Assembly (NCBI GenBank): GCA_951406725.2
Contig: OX597815.1
Coordinates: forward strand, 165,540,001-165,604,000
Source of the DNA: Octopus vulgaris
Taxonomy: Eukaryota
Reading direction: 5' to 3'
Length of the DNA stretch: 64,000 nucleotides
Part shown: in pieces, positions 1 to 13,140 of the stretch
Layout: each line of letters opens with the position of its first letter
Position numbering within the stretch: position 1 is the stretch's first letter
Position numbers and translations under genes: made by a program
The notes under the pieces: model-generated
Databases searched by the model: none
What the model saw: the letters and a program-made list of their open reading frames with translations, nothing else
Told to the model about the DNA's origin: nothing

Positions 1-109
1 AAAGACCACTTGTATTGAACAAACATATGTCGTTTTCCACGTGATGTAACATCACATATTCACACAGATGCCGGATTTTATATGTGTATATGTGTATGTG
101 TGTGTGTAT

Positions 110-212
<103 letters not shown>

Positions 213-615
213 TGTGTTTACATAGTTTAAAATATATCAAAAGATGTTTACATACATTAAGTAAGTATATGATATGATTACAAGAAATAATGTTTTGTTA
301 GGGGAAAAAAAACTAAAAGAACGTGGCAATAAATTAAGAGCAAACAGCTTACACATAAACATAGATAAAAAAAAATTTCCTTCATAAAACATATGACAAA
401 GGAAATATTCATTAATATGATATGAGAACGTTGGCATATATTACCAAAAATACAAGAATATAAAATAATATATTATACAAAATTCATACGGGAATAATGC
501 AAGATAAAAAAATAATAACGGAAAATATTATATTGTAAAATTAGTAAAACTTATCACCACAATGGGGGTAGAAAAAGCAAACAAGTTCAAAACAAATATT
601 TAATATGTATGTGTG

Positions 616-770
<155 letters not shown>

Positions 771-1996
771 CATAACATTTATGTGTATTAATGCATTTAG
801 ATATACATATATATATATAGAGAGATATATATATATATGTGTGTGTGTATGTATGTATACATGCATATATATGTAAGGATGTATGTGTGTATAAATATCG
901 TGTCATAGATGAATGACAATCAAATCCAGTTAAAATAAATATATGAGTAAAGTAAATACTACGTATACTATCGTCCATTTTAATTTATAATCTGTTTAAT
1001 GTTACTGTCAGTCTCGTCTGTTGAAATTTCGAAATCAATCTCTATGAGCCCTTAATTCAATAAATGTTCACCCAATTTATGCATAAACACGCTTTCATTT
1101 TAACTAAACACACACACACACGATTAAAGTAACTTGGTGCGGCCCTAGATGAGAACATCGCAGATGAAGATTTTCTTTTCGGATTGCGAAAGCATTGCGG
1201 CCGCTCTATACGGATATTGCGCAGTAAAAATAGCGAGCCACGGAGCATTTGCAAGATATAAGTAAAAACATACGCACGTATGCATGAGAGTACACACGCT
1301 TACATATTTATGTACAAAGTACATATAGAAACAGGAGTACTTATATGCCAGCTCCCCATATCTTTACTACTAATGTTATATGATTTAACATGCTATAGAA
1401 TTTGCCAAATGATGCAAACACCTCTGATGTTAACCCTGTAAGTTTGGGGACTCGATTGCGGTTGTTCAATGTTTTTGCCATTTTAGTGTTTTTACTACGT
1501 AGGTTTACATAAATCTTTATTATAGGCATATAGCCTGAATAGAGAGGGGACATAACAAGGACAGACAACACAAAACGTGGGTTACATATAACGAAAAATA
1601 ATTATGAAATGAAATATTTACAATGAATGGTTTATGAGCCTCACAAAGCTCGCAGTTTCATTTTACTGTTCATATATACAATTATAATTATCCGGGGTGT
1701 TCATTCGTTATGTGCTCCGTCAGTTGTTCCAGCTCCATTACGCTGGGCAAACTGCCGTAACGTACATAGAGCCCGGCGTATACAATAGTGCCCGAGAATA
1801 AATCTAACAATCTATCTACTGTTTCTTTCGCCAACAATACTACTTTCAGGTCATTATCTTACATTTCAGGATCTTATTATATGTAAACGTAGGTTTACAT
1901 ATCGAAATGTTAGCGCTAAGCAGTGTTTAGGCATAAGTAGAATTTAGGTTAGCTGCAATATGTTTGTGACATATCTCAACTACTAAAAGACAAATA

Positions 1997-2144
1997 CACT
2001 ACAGTTACCGTGGAGAATATATCTCTCTTATAGTTAAAAGGTGTGAAAACACCCGGTTCGTTCAGTGTTGCGACACTGAACGAACCGGGCGTTTTCACAC
2101 CTTTTTACCATAACAGAGATATATTCTCTACGGTAACTGCAGTG
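1997..2144. repeat. 148-bp imperfect palindrome, possible MITE
   Basis: Arms CACTACAGTTACCG...TTCAGTGT and ACACTGAA...CGGTAACTGCAGTG around a 4-nt centre (2069-2072), ~6 mismatches; ends read CACTA/CACTG. Confidence 0.85.
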
Positions 2145-2234
2145 ATTTGTGATTTACATACATTATATATCATATCTTGATACTGTGTGGACTGAGGTCC
2201 CCGTTGACAGGTTTCTGATTTTAAATAAAGCGTC

Positions 2235-2449
2235 AAGGCGGCGAGCTGGCAGAATCGTTAGCTCGCCAGGTAAAATTACTGAGCGGCATTTCGTCCGTCT
2301 TCACGTTCTGAGTTTAAATTCCGCCGAGGTCGGTCTTGTATTTCATCCATTCGAGGTCGATAAAATAAATACCAGTAGAGCATTGGGATCGATGTAATCG
2401 ACTTATATCCTTCGTCCAACTTGCTGGCCTTGTGCCAAAGTTTGAAATC
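2235..2449 (+). mobile_element. tRNA-derived SINE, family A
   Basis: AAGGCGGCGAGCTGGCAGAATCG head, B-box-like GTT(C/T)AAATTCC, body TTTCATCC..GGTCGATAAA..TACCAG; >20 related copies in the window. Confidence 0.85.
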
Positions 2450-2859
2450 GATATTAAAAAAAGAGTTAATATTTATGGTATGCAAATTAGGAATCGCAGT
2501 TCTCTGTAGCTATAAACAGATTGACCGCTTATTTACCTGAGATTGGTCAAATGGTGTAAATACATCCGATGACAACCCAATAGGTTTGGAAACTCAATTA
2601 AGGGTGTTTATCAGTTTCTTTTCCCAATCTACGGTGAAATAATTACATTTTTCCTGTTTGTATTTCCACGACGTAGATTTTGATTTACATACAACATCTG
2701 TGGCCACAAACATCGCTATATTTCTAAGAACACCAATTACTACAAATTTATTACATTTCTAAGTTTTAGAAAGCTTACTCTAACATTATATTTCATTCTA
2801 TTATATTTCATCTTGTTTCTGTCTTTATTTCATAATATTGCTGTTATCTTTTGTCTTTT

Positions 2860-3250
2860 GCTTATTTCAGTTATTAGACAGCGGCCATGGTGGGACATCG
2901 CCTTTAGGGATTTTAGTCACATATATCGATCCCAGTACTTATTTTTTAAGCCCAGTACTTGTTATTTCGGTCCTTATTGCCGAACCTCTATTTTACAATG
3001 ATATAAACAAACCAATATTGATTACCAAGAAATACTGATTGCCCCCACAACCACACACATATATACATACACGCATATATATATATATATAATATATATA
3101 TATATATACACGACAGTCTTCTTCTAGTTTCCATCTATCAAATCAACTCACAAGACTTTGGTCAATGTGAGCCTATAGTAGAAGACACCTGCCTAAGTTT
3201 CCGCGCATTGTGACAAAACTCGGAACCAAGTGATTAGGAAGCAAACTCCT
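2860..3250 (-). mobile_element. tRNA-derived SINE, family B (CORE-like), diverged
   Basis: Reverse complement aligns with the intact copy at 61233-61612. Confidence 0.7.
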
Positions 3251-3597
3251 GGCTTTATTTTACTGCTTTATTTTATTTTATTTTATTTCCAATTAATTAT
3301 TCTTTTAAGCGGTTCCGACGGTAGTTGTTAATCCAAAAGTAGTTTTATATCCTATAACAACGGAAGTAACCAACACTATAGCCCTGTGATGTCTTTTATT
3401 CTCCCATTAAGACATTCATGTGCGCAAGACTACGTTGTTGATAATAACGTATCATATTGTATGTGATCTCATTTCACGATGCTGCCAGCTTTACGGGTTG
3501 AGATTCATTTTTATTTCGAGCTCTGGCTGAAAAAATTGATGATCTGTCATCAGGAAACTTTGGGTACCAGAGAAGAAACAAACATTCTTTAAAACAT

Positions 3598-3634
<37 letters not shown>

Positions 3635-4199
3635 GATATGCATATGTGTGTGTGTATAAATATATATATATTTATATATATGTATATATTTATATATATG
3701 AATATATATATATACACACATAATTACATACACATGTACAAATCCAGTAACTACTACAGAGAAGTGGAGTTAATAATTTGTCTTCTATAACTATTTAACA
3801 CTATCTTTCATATCAGCGACATATCAACGAGGATCTCAGTATCTGATTATAATATATAATATATAATATATAATATACGTAAACCTACATTGTTGAAATA
3901 AAAACAAGAATATACATATACACATACATACATGCACGCTTGTATATATCTATGCGCGTGTGTGTAACACATATATGCTTGTACGTAGACATGTATATAT
4001 GCATGCATGTATGTATGTATACAGGCATGTAGCTGAAAGATGTTCATGACTAGTTTTATTATATTAGCTCTATATCTCTAGGTGATCATATTCATTCTTC
4101 ATACTTTTGATAGCTATTATACATCAAAGTACTCGCTTTTCCACTTCCAGTTAATATGAATTCAACAGAGGGCAAAATTTTACTTTGTAAAATGACGTA

Positions 4200-5079
4200 C
4201 GTGGTCTGATCAATAAGTATCCGGACTGTTGACATAGTAACAAAGCTAAAGCATGCAGAGTAAAGCCGCTTGGCACAGATTGATCTTGAACTCTGCTGTG
4301 CATGCACACCAAGTTTTAATTTTCTAGTTCACTTCTGCTATTTACAGTAGTGCTTAGAAGGAACGCGTGTAGCGTGTTTTCGTAGCATTGACCATGACAG
4401 AGAAAGTTGAGCAGAGAATCTGCATCAAATTTTGCCAAAAGCTTGGTGATACTTTCTCTGAGGCCTACACAAAGTTTACAAAAAGCTTTCATCGTTCTGG
4501 ACACAATCAAGATGATCTTGTGCAACAGAAACACAAGTATTTTTGCTCAACTGAAAGCAGTTTTGGTACAAACTTGGCAGACACGCGTCTCATATCCCAA
4601 ATCTTGGACTGAACTGAACCGTAACTAATTTGCATATCCTCTGATAACCCACGGATGGTGATTCGACGATTTCCTCTCACAGCTGCACGCATATCCTGCG
4701 ATGTTTTTCTCAGCTCTGCTTGGTTGCGGGTCTCCCAGAACAGTTATCCAAGAACGGTCATCTTGGAAAGGTCTGAACCACTCGTACACTTGTGTACGGC
4801 TCATACGCTCCTCTCCATATACTTTTTGCAACTTAACGTAGGCCTCTGAGCAGTATCATATCTCCATGACAAATTTCTCTGTCATGGTTAGTGCGACGAT
4901 CACATGCTACACACGTTTCTTCCAAGCACTGTTGTAAACAGCGGAAGTGAGCTGGAACGTTAAAACTTAGTGCGCATGCACAGCAGAGTTCAAGGCCAAT
5001 CTTTGCCAATCGGCTTTACTCTGCATGCTTTAGCTTCGTTACTATGGCAACAGTCCTGATACTTATTGATCAGACCTCG
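4200..5079. mobile_element. Non-autonomous mariner element made of two inverted 5' ends
   Basis: Termini CGTGGTCTGATCAATAAGTAT / ATACTTATTGATCAGACCTCG, TA on the left; + arm encodes MTEKVEQRICIKFCQKLG; - arm encodes LQKVYGEERMSRTQVYEWF, NRRITIRGLSE and MRRVSAKFVPKLL. Confidence 0.92.
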
Positions 5080-5138
5080 TGTAAAAACTATTGCAAAGAA
5101 TTTTACGCAAAGTTTACCATATATATATATATATATAC

Positions 5139-5176
<38 letters not shown>

Positions 5177-5318
5177 TTGATTGCTATGACCGGTCAGAGA
5201 GTGACCGTTGGTTTCGCACCTATAAAGCGCTTAGATGTATAGGCGACTTGCCTATACAAATGTACCGGAAACACGTTTGAGTCGGACCTACACACAGACA
5301 CACGCGCACTCGCACACG

Positions 5319-5394
<76 letters not shown>

Positions 5395-6148
5395 ACACAC
5401 ATATATATATATTTATACATATAGACCCGATGGTTGGAAACTTCTACTACAGATAATTCTGTAATTCAGATTCAGTAATAAATTTCATCAACAGCTCTTC
5501 TTTAAATATAGAACTACAATTCTCTCAATATGAGTCATTAGTCACAATCCAAATTTTCTCAGTTATCATTTCATATGGTTTCTTTGAATCAGGAAACGTA
5601 CTACAATCTTCACTTGTAATACTGAATGACATTCTTCTGAGCTAAGGAACTGGTGCAGAAATTAACGACAGTCATTTTACAACACGTGTAGTAACTCTTT
5701 CAGTCGAAGTAAAATTACTGTTGTGTCTTAAAATTCGCTTTGTTTAACCATATTTGTTAACATTTTGCTAATTTCTCTCATTACTTTAGAATTTTATTCA
5801 TTGTCTAATGTGTTAAACTGCCACATTTGTTAACATTAATAAAGGCAATAATAATTCAATTTCGTCGTTAAATTTTAATTGTATAAAGTTCTTCGTGTTA
5901 CTAATCACTTTACGAAGGTTGGTAAAATTAATGCTGTCTGCTGAACTCTTCTTAGCTGGAGGTAGAACAGTAGATCAGAACATTGGCCTTAAAAGCAGAT
6001 GATGGTGTATGAACATTTACTAATTTGTCCCTACGTATCACTGTATATATTTCATTCTGGTCGAGTCAGTCCCTTGTTATTCTGAGTTTCACTAGTGAGT
6101 ACACAGGATCTTCTAACAAATAATCTATAAATCTCTTTCTCTCCCCCA

Positions 6149-6350
<202 letters not shown>

Positions 6351-6353
<3 letters not shown>

Positions 6354-6815
6354 CTAAAGACACTACTAACAAATGCGAAGCATTACAAAACAACCACGAA
6401 ACCAACGGTTGAAAAATGCGGACGCCCAAACTGTGGAACCTGCCCCAACCTGCTTCAAGGCTCGGATTTCCTTTTCAAACAAGGACAGAAGTTCACAATT
6501 AAAACTAGTTTCACTTGTGCCTCTGAGAACCTAATTTATGTAATAACCAGCGTGGGTTGCGGACACCACTATATTGGAAAAACGAGTATGACCTTGAGAA
6601 AGAGAACCACTCTACATAAAGAGCAAATCCGTTTTCCGCAATACAGACAAACTCCTCTCAGTGAACCTATAGAAAAATGTGCCGGTAACATCAAACCAAA
6701 TTCCACAGTCTTCCTTTTCTACCATTGCAAAGACACAATCTCTCAACTAGAACGTTTAAATAAAGAAACTTTTTTAATTGAAAAATACAAAGCACGTCTT
6801 AATATGCGCGCATAA
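6351..6815 (+). pseudogene. 5'-truncated Penelope-like element ORF end: Cys-rich linker plus GIY-YIG endonuclease
   Basis: Stop-free frame SLKTLLTNAK..KCGRPNCGTCP..FTCASENLIYVI..CGHHYIGKT..LRKRTTLH..ERLNKETFLIEKYKARLN; starts directly at a TA tract. Confidence 0.92.
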
Positions 6816-7102
6816 CCAACTTTTATCTTTTTATATATTTCAATTCACGATTACATCACTGTACATAAATCCCCTACTAAACAAGGATTTTGGAACTTGT
6901 CTCTGTCTGAACACATATATAATCCCCACCCATTACCGAAAGCTGAGCAGTTATCTCCCTTACCTACAACAATAACAATAATAACGACAACCTCCCTATA
7001 TTTATCTACTTGTGAAGTCAGTCACTCGTGAATTTCACCACACACAACATAGACAAAATTTCTTCTTAAGAAAAAATATATATTCAAATAAGTAAAACAT
7101 AA

Positions 7103-7135
7103 TATCATGAATAGTGATTGCGAAACTGGTCGATA
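7103..7135 (+). ncRNA. Minimal type I hammerhead motif (A3-U8 variant) in the PLE 3' region
   Basis: TATC-ATGAATA-GT(GATT)GC-GAAAC(TG)GTC-GATA; stem I TATC/GATA. Confidence 0.65.
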
Positions 7136-7216
7136 CATTAAAAAATATACGTATTTTCCTTTTTTTAATTTCTTATATATATGTTACAACTCACCCACGT
7201 GGGGATAATCGAAATT

Positions 7217-7250
<34 letters not shown>

Positions 7251-7388
7251 TATAGATGGCGCATATATAAACCAATTTCAACGGATTTCGCCCAAATTTG
7301 ACGTCGATGTAAGTTTGGTTTAAAATAAAGAACTTGATTACCTTAATAATTCTAACTTAATCCCGGGAAAAGCTGGGTTATACTGCTT

Positions 7389-7429
<41 letters not shown>

Positions 7430-7431
<2 letters not shown>

Positions 7432-7710
7432 GGTCTCTCCTGTCAAAGATAATTTATATGTGTGTTCAGGTTTTGCCGAACGACCTACAAAAACGATATC
7501 TTTTTATAATGATCAAATGTATGTGCAGCACGTAAGCTCACTCTCCCCATCAAATCGACGTTGTCTGAACAGGTGCACTGTGTACCACCCGTCAGGTATC
7601 AAAGTGATCATAGAGTAACGTGAGATGAAGTGTTTTGCTCAAGAGCAGAATGCACACCTGGTCTAGGAATTGAAACTACAATATTGTGATCGAGAATGCA
7701 ACATACAACT
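7430..7710 (-). mobile_element. tRNA-derived SINE, head type D, diverged
   Basis: GAAGTGTTTTGCTCAAGA segment shared with 46752-46992 and 42505-42815. Confidence 0.6.
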
Positions 7711-7926
7711 TCTCTCCCCCTCACACACACACACACATACACTTTCACTTGGCTATGGCAAGAAGGGACTTAACTCATGTTAGCAAACTTCAAAATTGGC
7801 AAACGTTATGGTTGAAAATATATTTTTACCGCTATCCGCGGGTGCTTCGGGAAAAAATAAGTTGACAAAAACCAGGTAGGGTAGTGACGAATGTCCTCCT
7901 AATATATATATATATATATATATATA

Positions 7927-8500
7927 CGTGGTCTGATCAGTAAGTATTAGAACTGTTGCTATAGAGGAGGCTAAAGCATGCAGAAAGAAGCCGCTTCACG
8001 CAGATTGACATTCAACTCTGCTGTGCACGCGCACTAAGTTTTAATCTTCTAGCTTACTTCTGCTGTTTACAGCAGTGCTTGGAAGGAACTTGTGTAGCAT
8101 GTGTTCGTCGCATTAATCACGAGAGAGAAAGTTGTCATGGGCCTACGCAAAATTGCAGAAAGTGTATGGAGAGTAGTGTATGAGCCATAAACAAGTGTAC
8201 AAATATTTCAGACGTTTCCAAAATAGCCGAAAAAATGTCGATAGTGACGTGCGTTCTGGGAGACCCGCAACCAGCAGAACTGAGAAAAACATTGCAATTG
8301 TGAGGGGAATTCGTTGAATCAGCATCCGTGAGTTATCAGATGATGTGCAGATTAGTTACGGTTCAGTTCAGTTCATTATCACTGAAGATTTGGGAATGAG
8401 ACGTGTGTCTGCCAAGTTTGTGACAAAACTGCATTCAGCTAACTAAAAAGAAACTTGGGTTTCCGTTGCACAAGATCTTGAGTGTGTCGAGAACGATGAA
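7927..8500 (+). mobile_element. Mariner 5' fragment, same family as 4200-5079
   Basis: TA-CGTGGTCTGATCAGTAAGTAT terminus; degenerate N-terminal transposase coding to ..MRRVSAKFVTKL. Confidence 0.9.
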
Positions 8501-8540
<40 letters not shown>

Positions 8541-9014
8541 GAAGGGAGAGTACGTGTGTGTGTATGTGTGTCTGAATGGGAGGGAGAGAAAGAGATAGTT
8601 AGATAAACAACAAGAGATAGATAGATATGCAGATGATAGATAGATGATAAATAGACAGATAAAAGCCAGTGGTTACCATTTCATTAAGAGAGAGTCTGAA
8701 CACTCAGATTTAATAGAAAGACACCATGTGTGAAACTGGGTGTCAATATATTAAAAAAACTCTAGTTCGACCAAATGGATTTTGTTTCATCCGAAGGTAC
8801 GTTAAGTATTAAATTAGTAAATTACGGCAAACCTTTTATATACAAATATCTAGAAAGAAAGACGAGTATATTGAAAGGCAGAAAGATTTCATGTAGGCAA
8901 GGAAAACTTTGTAGACGCCTTAGTACAAGGGTAATATTGGTAGTATAATGAGCGCATTGGATAAAATGGTGATGAAAATGATGGCGATGATGTTTGTGAT
9001 AATGAAAGAGGCAA

Positions 9015-9572
9015 TAAGGGTTTCAAATTTAGGCACAAGTCTATCAGGTTTACGGGGAGGGGAAGTTGATTACATCGACCCCAGTACTTGACTGGTACTT
9101 ATTTTATCGAAGTTGAAAAGAATGAAAAGCAAAGTTGACTTCGGTGGAATTTGAACTCAGAACGTGAACACGGACGAGATGCCGCTAAGCATTTTTCCCG
9201 GTGTTCAAACGATTCTGCCTGCTCGCCGCCAAAAGATAAAGGTAACATTGGTAATAGCCTAGTGAGCGCAGCGGATATGGTGTAGTAAATGAAGATGATG
9301 ATGATGATGGTGATGATGATGATGATGATACTGGTGTTAATGAAAGAGATAATGGTATCAAATTTTGGCACAAGGCCATCAGTCTTTGAGAGAAGTGGGT
9401 CTAGTTAATTACATAGACCCCCAATGCTCAACTGGTTCTTATTTTATTGACCCAGAAAGAATGAAATGTAAAGTCAACCTCGGTGGAATTTGAACTCAGA
9501 ACGTAAAGCGACGAAATGCCGCCGCTGAGTATTTTGCCTGGCGTGTTAACGACTTTGCCTGCTCGCCCACCT
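9015..9572 (-). mobile_element. Two family A SINE copies (about 9015-9230 and 9352-9572)
   Basis: GGAATTTGAACTCAGAACGT..GCTCGCC reverse-complement heads. Confidence 0.8.
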
Positions 9573-9599
9573 TAGGACAAGAGTAGAGTAATAGTAACA

Positions 9600-9654
9600 T
9601 CTTAGTGAGTGCAGTGGATAAGATACAGGGAATGATGATGACGATGATGATGAC

Positions 9655-9702
<48 letters not shown>

Positions 9703-10245
9703 AAAGGAGACGAAAATAATATTGATAATGATGCTGCTGAATATATATGGTATTAGTGGCGCCAACAGCGAGGATGAGTGGGTAGCAGTGGGCTGGAAGA
9801 TGAGGATGGAGAGGTGGGGGAGGGCCCTGACAGCCTTAATGAAGGGAGTTGCGGTAATATTAGTGGTGCGGTGGCGGTAGCGATGTCGGTGATGATGTTG
9901 ACGAAAAGACGATGGTGGTTGATGGTGAAGAGGATAGGGGCGGGAATATTGTCAAGATGAAGGTGTCTGTGTCGGTGTTGTTGTTGTTGCTGTTGCTGTT
10001 GTTGTTGGTAATCTTGGCGGTATTGGAAGGTGTCATTGTTGTTGTTGGTAGTTTTTGGTAATTGGAGTAATGAATGTGATGATTGATGATTGCTCTGAAT
10101 CCAAGATAGTAGTTGTAGGTGATGAGTTGGATGCTGACTAGTGTAATCAAGATTGTAATGGCGATGACTATAGTGATAATGATGATAATGATGATGATGA
10201 CGACGACTACGATGATGATGATGGTGGTGATGATGATGGTGGTGG

Positions 10246-10286
<41 letters not shown>

Positions 10287-10520
10287 GTGGTGATGATGGT
10301 GGTGATGATGATGTTGATGACGAGGAGGCTGGCGAAGAAGAGAATGGTGACGGTGGTGATGGTGGTTGTGGTGGTGGTGGTGTTTGTATTATTGGAAATA
10401 GCAGTGGATGTTTACGAAGATAGAGGTTGGTGTGGTCATGGTTGGGATACATTTGGTGAAAGCGATGATGACGATGTAATGTTGATACTGATGATAAATA
10501 TGGAAACGATGGTGATGGTT
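9600..10520. repeat. Degenerate (GAT/GGT/GTT)n triplet low-complexity tract
   Basis: Direct reading. Confidence 0.9.
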
Positions 10521-10550
10521 TGTTTATCTAACTATCCATTTATTTATCTA

Positions 10551-10626
<76 letters not shown>

Positions 10627-10742
10627 GATATGTAGAAAAATACAAACTGAGACAAGAACGCATAAGAACTTAGAAGACGATACAAGATAAATTCTCTATT
10701 TACATAATATCGAGGTCTCTCATTCTTTTGTTGTCTTACCAT

Positions 10743-10820
<78 letters not shown>

Positions 10821-11211
10821 ATTACTGTCGTTACTGTCCTGTTTTTGTTACCATTTTTACCCCTCCGCAAAAAAATCTCAAATTTTATTTAATTTGATTT
10901 TCGCGGGAAGGAAAGTTTTATTGAAGTCATGTATCGCCTTGACCTTCGAAACGTGGAGTAGATGAAACTAAGGCGACTGAAGAAGGGGAATTTTCCTTGT
11001 TTTGTATGTTCTGTACTCTATTTTTTCGTTGTTTAAAAGAAATGTCCATTTCCTTGGTTTTGTGTTTATGTTTTCGTTTCTCATTGTGTTCGACGTTTTT
11101 TGGTGTCCTGAACCCATATATGCATGTATATATACATGTAGAGGTAGGTACGTACATATATGTATGTATGTATGTATGCATATGTTTTATTTATTAATTT
11201 ATTATATATAT

Positions 11212-11269
<58 letters not shown>

Positions 11270-11531
11270 GTGTGTGTATATATATAATATTATAGTGTGT
11301 GCTATATACATATATAGCAATAATAAATCTCTAAACGAGATATAAACAGTAACTGCTCTATAACATAAGGGGCATCAGCCATCTGAATGTGGCTAGGGAC
11401 AGGGCAGGGTGGTGGGGGTGTTACTGATGCATTTAGCCCCAGGCGATCATCGACGTCACCAGGAGGGCTGACACCATCTCGGTGTCCTCTAGCCTGCAAA
11501 GGGAGATCATTCCCCGAAGACGCGGATGCTA

Positions 11532-11575
11532 CATACGGACCAGGTTTCAAGGTATTTGCCTCTTATCAACGCATG
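11532..11575 (-). ncRNA. Type I hammerhead motif (U3-A8), inverted copy
   Basis: Exact reverse complement of 11899-11942. Confidence 0.8.
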
Positions 11576-11898
11576 GTAAGCACCGTTCTCCGACGAATAA
11601 CTCTCTGTACAGGCTATATATTTAAGGATTTTCACAGTAAACACATTTACTGATGTAGAAAAACCGTTCGAAAGCAATAATAAATCTCTAAACGAGATAT
11701 AAACAGTAACTGCCCTGTCCCTAGCCACATTCAGATGGCTGATGCCCCTTATGTTATAGAGCAGTTACTGTTTATATCTCGTTTAGAGATTTATTATTGC
11801 TTTCGAACGGTTTTTCTACATCAGTAAATGTGTTTACTGTGAAAATCCTTAAATATATAGCCTGTACAGAGAGTTATTCGTCGGAGAACGGTGCTTAC

Positions 11899-11942
11899 CA
11901 TGCGTTGATAAGAGGCAAATACCTTGAAACCTGGTCCGTATG
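11899..11942 (+). ncRNA. Type I hammerhead motif (U3-A8)
   Basis: CATGCG-TTGATAA-GAGG(CAAATA)CCTT-GAAAC(CTG)GTC-CGTATG; 6-bp stem I, 4-bp stem II, GUC site. Confidence 0.8.
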
Positions 11943-12201
11943 TAGCATCCGCGTCTTCGGGGAATGATCTCCCTTTGCAGGCTAGAGGACACCGAGATGG
12001 TGTCAGCCCTCCTGGTGACGTCGATGATCGCCTGGGGCTAAATGCATCAGTAACACCCCCACCACCCTGCCCTGTCCCTAGCCACATTCAGATGGCTGAT
12101 GCCCCTTATGTTATATATATATATATATATTTACATATAATACTCACCACGCACACACACATTCATTCATACATACATACATACATACATACATACATAC
12201 A

Positions 12202-12234
<33 letters not shown>

Positions 12235-12809
12235 GTGTACATGTGTGTGTGCGTGCGCGTGTGTGTGAGTTTCTGTGTGTCTGTGTCATGTGATTTTGTG
12301 ATGAGGATTCATGTGAACCAAGGTACATCAGCTCGTATGACGCCAGAAATGGCTAGGTACGATAGCATAGAACTCACTGCGATCAACCGACTGTTATAAC
12401 CTCCAACTAATCCACATTTATAGATAGTAGTGGCAGTTGTCAAAGTGGCAGTAATTGTGTTGACAGTAGCCATAGTGTCATTAACAATATCACAGTCACC
12501 TGCTAAGATTTTAATATAAATGGCCATTACGTCTATATTGGCATAAATAATGTAAATATGCAAACTGTTGGCAACAAGAATATTAATAATAATATTAATG
12601 AGTCAAGTAATTGCATTGATAATTACCCAAGCATTAGTAGTTCTTTCAGATATATTAACGACACCGTTGACCCTTGTTTAATTCTGGATAATGTGAGTGA
12701 ATCTTATAGCTTTAACGATAATCATTACCCTCCTCGAACTGCATACAAGCAGATTCATATCCTTACTGTTAACTCCTGTAACATTTATGTTCATACGTCT
12801 CCTATGTTG

Positions 12810-13140
12810 TGTACTTTTAAAAATAAATTTCTATGTCCTCTTAATAATTAATGCCTCACTAAAAATATTCTCTGTAGATGTGATGTGCGAACTAATCGAG
12901 CTACATTTACCTATATTGGTGCAACCGGATGATTATTTAAGCGCAGATTATATAATCATTTTCATACTTTTAGGAGATGTGATAAAGGCAAAATTAAGTC
13001 ACCCGCTGAAAAAAAAAACTGGGAATTGAAAGATATTAATGTCGAGTTACAAACTACCTGGAGCGTAATCAAGCACACCTTACTTTATTTAAATGATGTG
13101 TATGGGTTTAGACTTTGCTGCACTGAATTATCGGAAATAT
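12810..13140 (+). pseudogene. Old Penelope-like GIY-YIG endonuclease remnant (second PLE lineage)
   Basis: CPLNN*CLTKNIL..TYIGATG*LFKRRLYNHFHTF..WELKD..TWSVI..RLCCTE, with in-frame stops. Confidence 0.75.

Larger units (their letters stand above)
11316..12114. mobile_element. Retrozyme-like / PLE pLTR element: 357-bp monomer, two opposed arms of ~1.1 units, in (TA)n
   Basis: AGCAATAATAAATCT recurs at 11316 and 11673; CTGCCCTGTCCC recurs at 11710 and 12067; 11360-11713 is the reverse complement of 11761-12114; identical 88-aa ORFs on both strands. Confidence 0.88.

Noticed and set aside
7340-7392. Helitron-like 3' hairpin (also near 58137)
   Set aside because: Too degenerate; no intact CTAG end or 5' end found
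9605-10628. Poly-Met/Val ORFs
   Set aside because: They are (GAT)n low-complexity read-through with no domain content
11645-11686. Opposite-polarity hammerhead-like motif (CTGATGT..GAAAGCAATAA) suggesting an ambisense viroid-like RNA
   Set aside because: A9 is mutated and the helix III/cleavage-site register does not fit
11387-12087. Identical 88-aa ORFs on both strands
   Set aside because: A consequence of the inverted repeat; no recognisable protein
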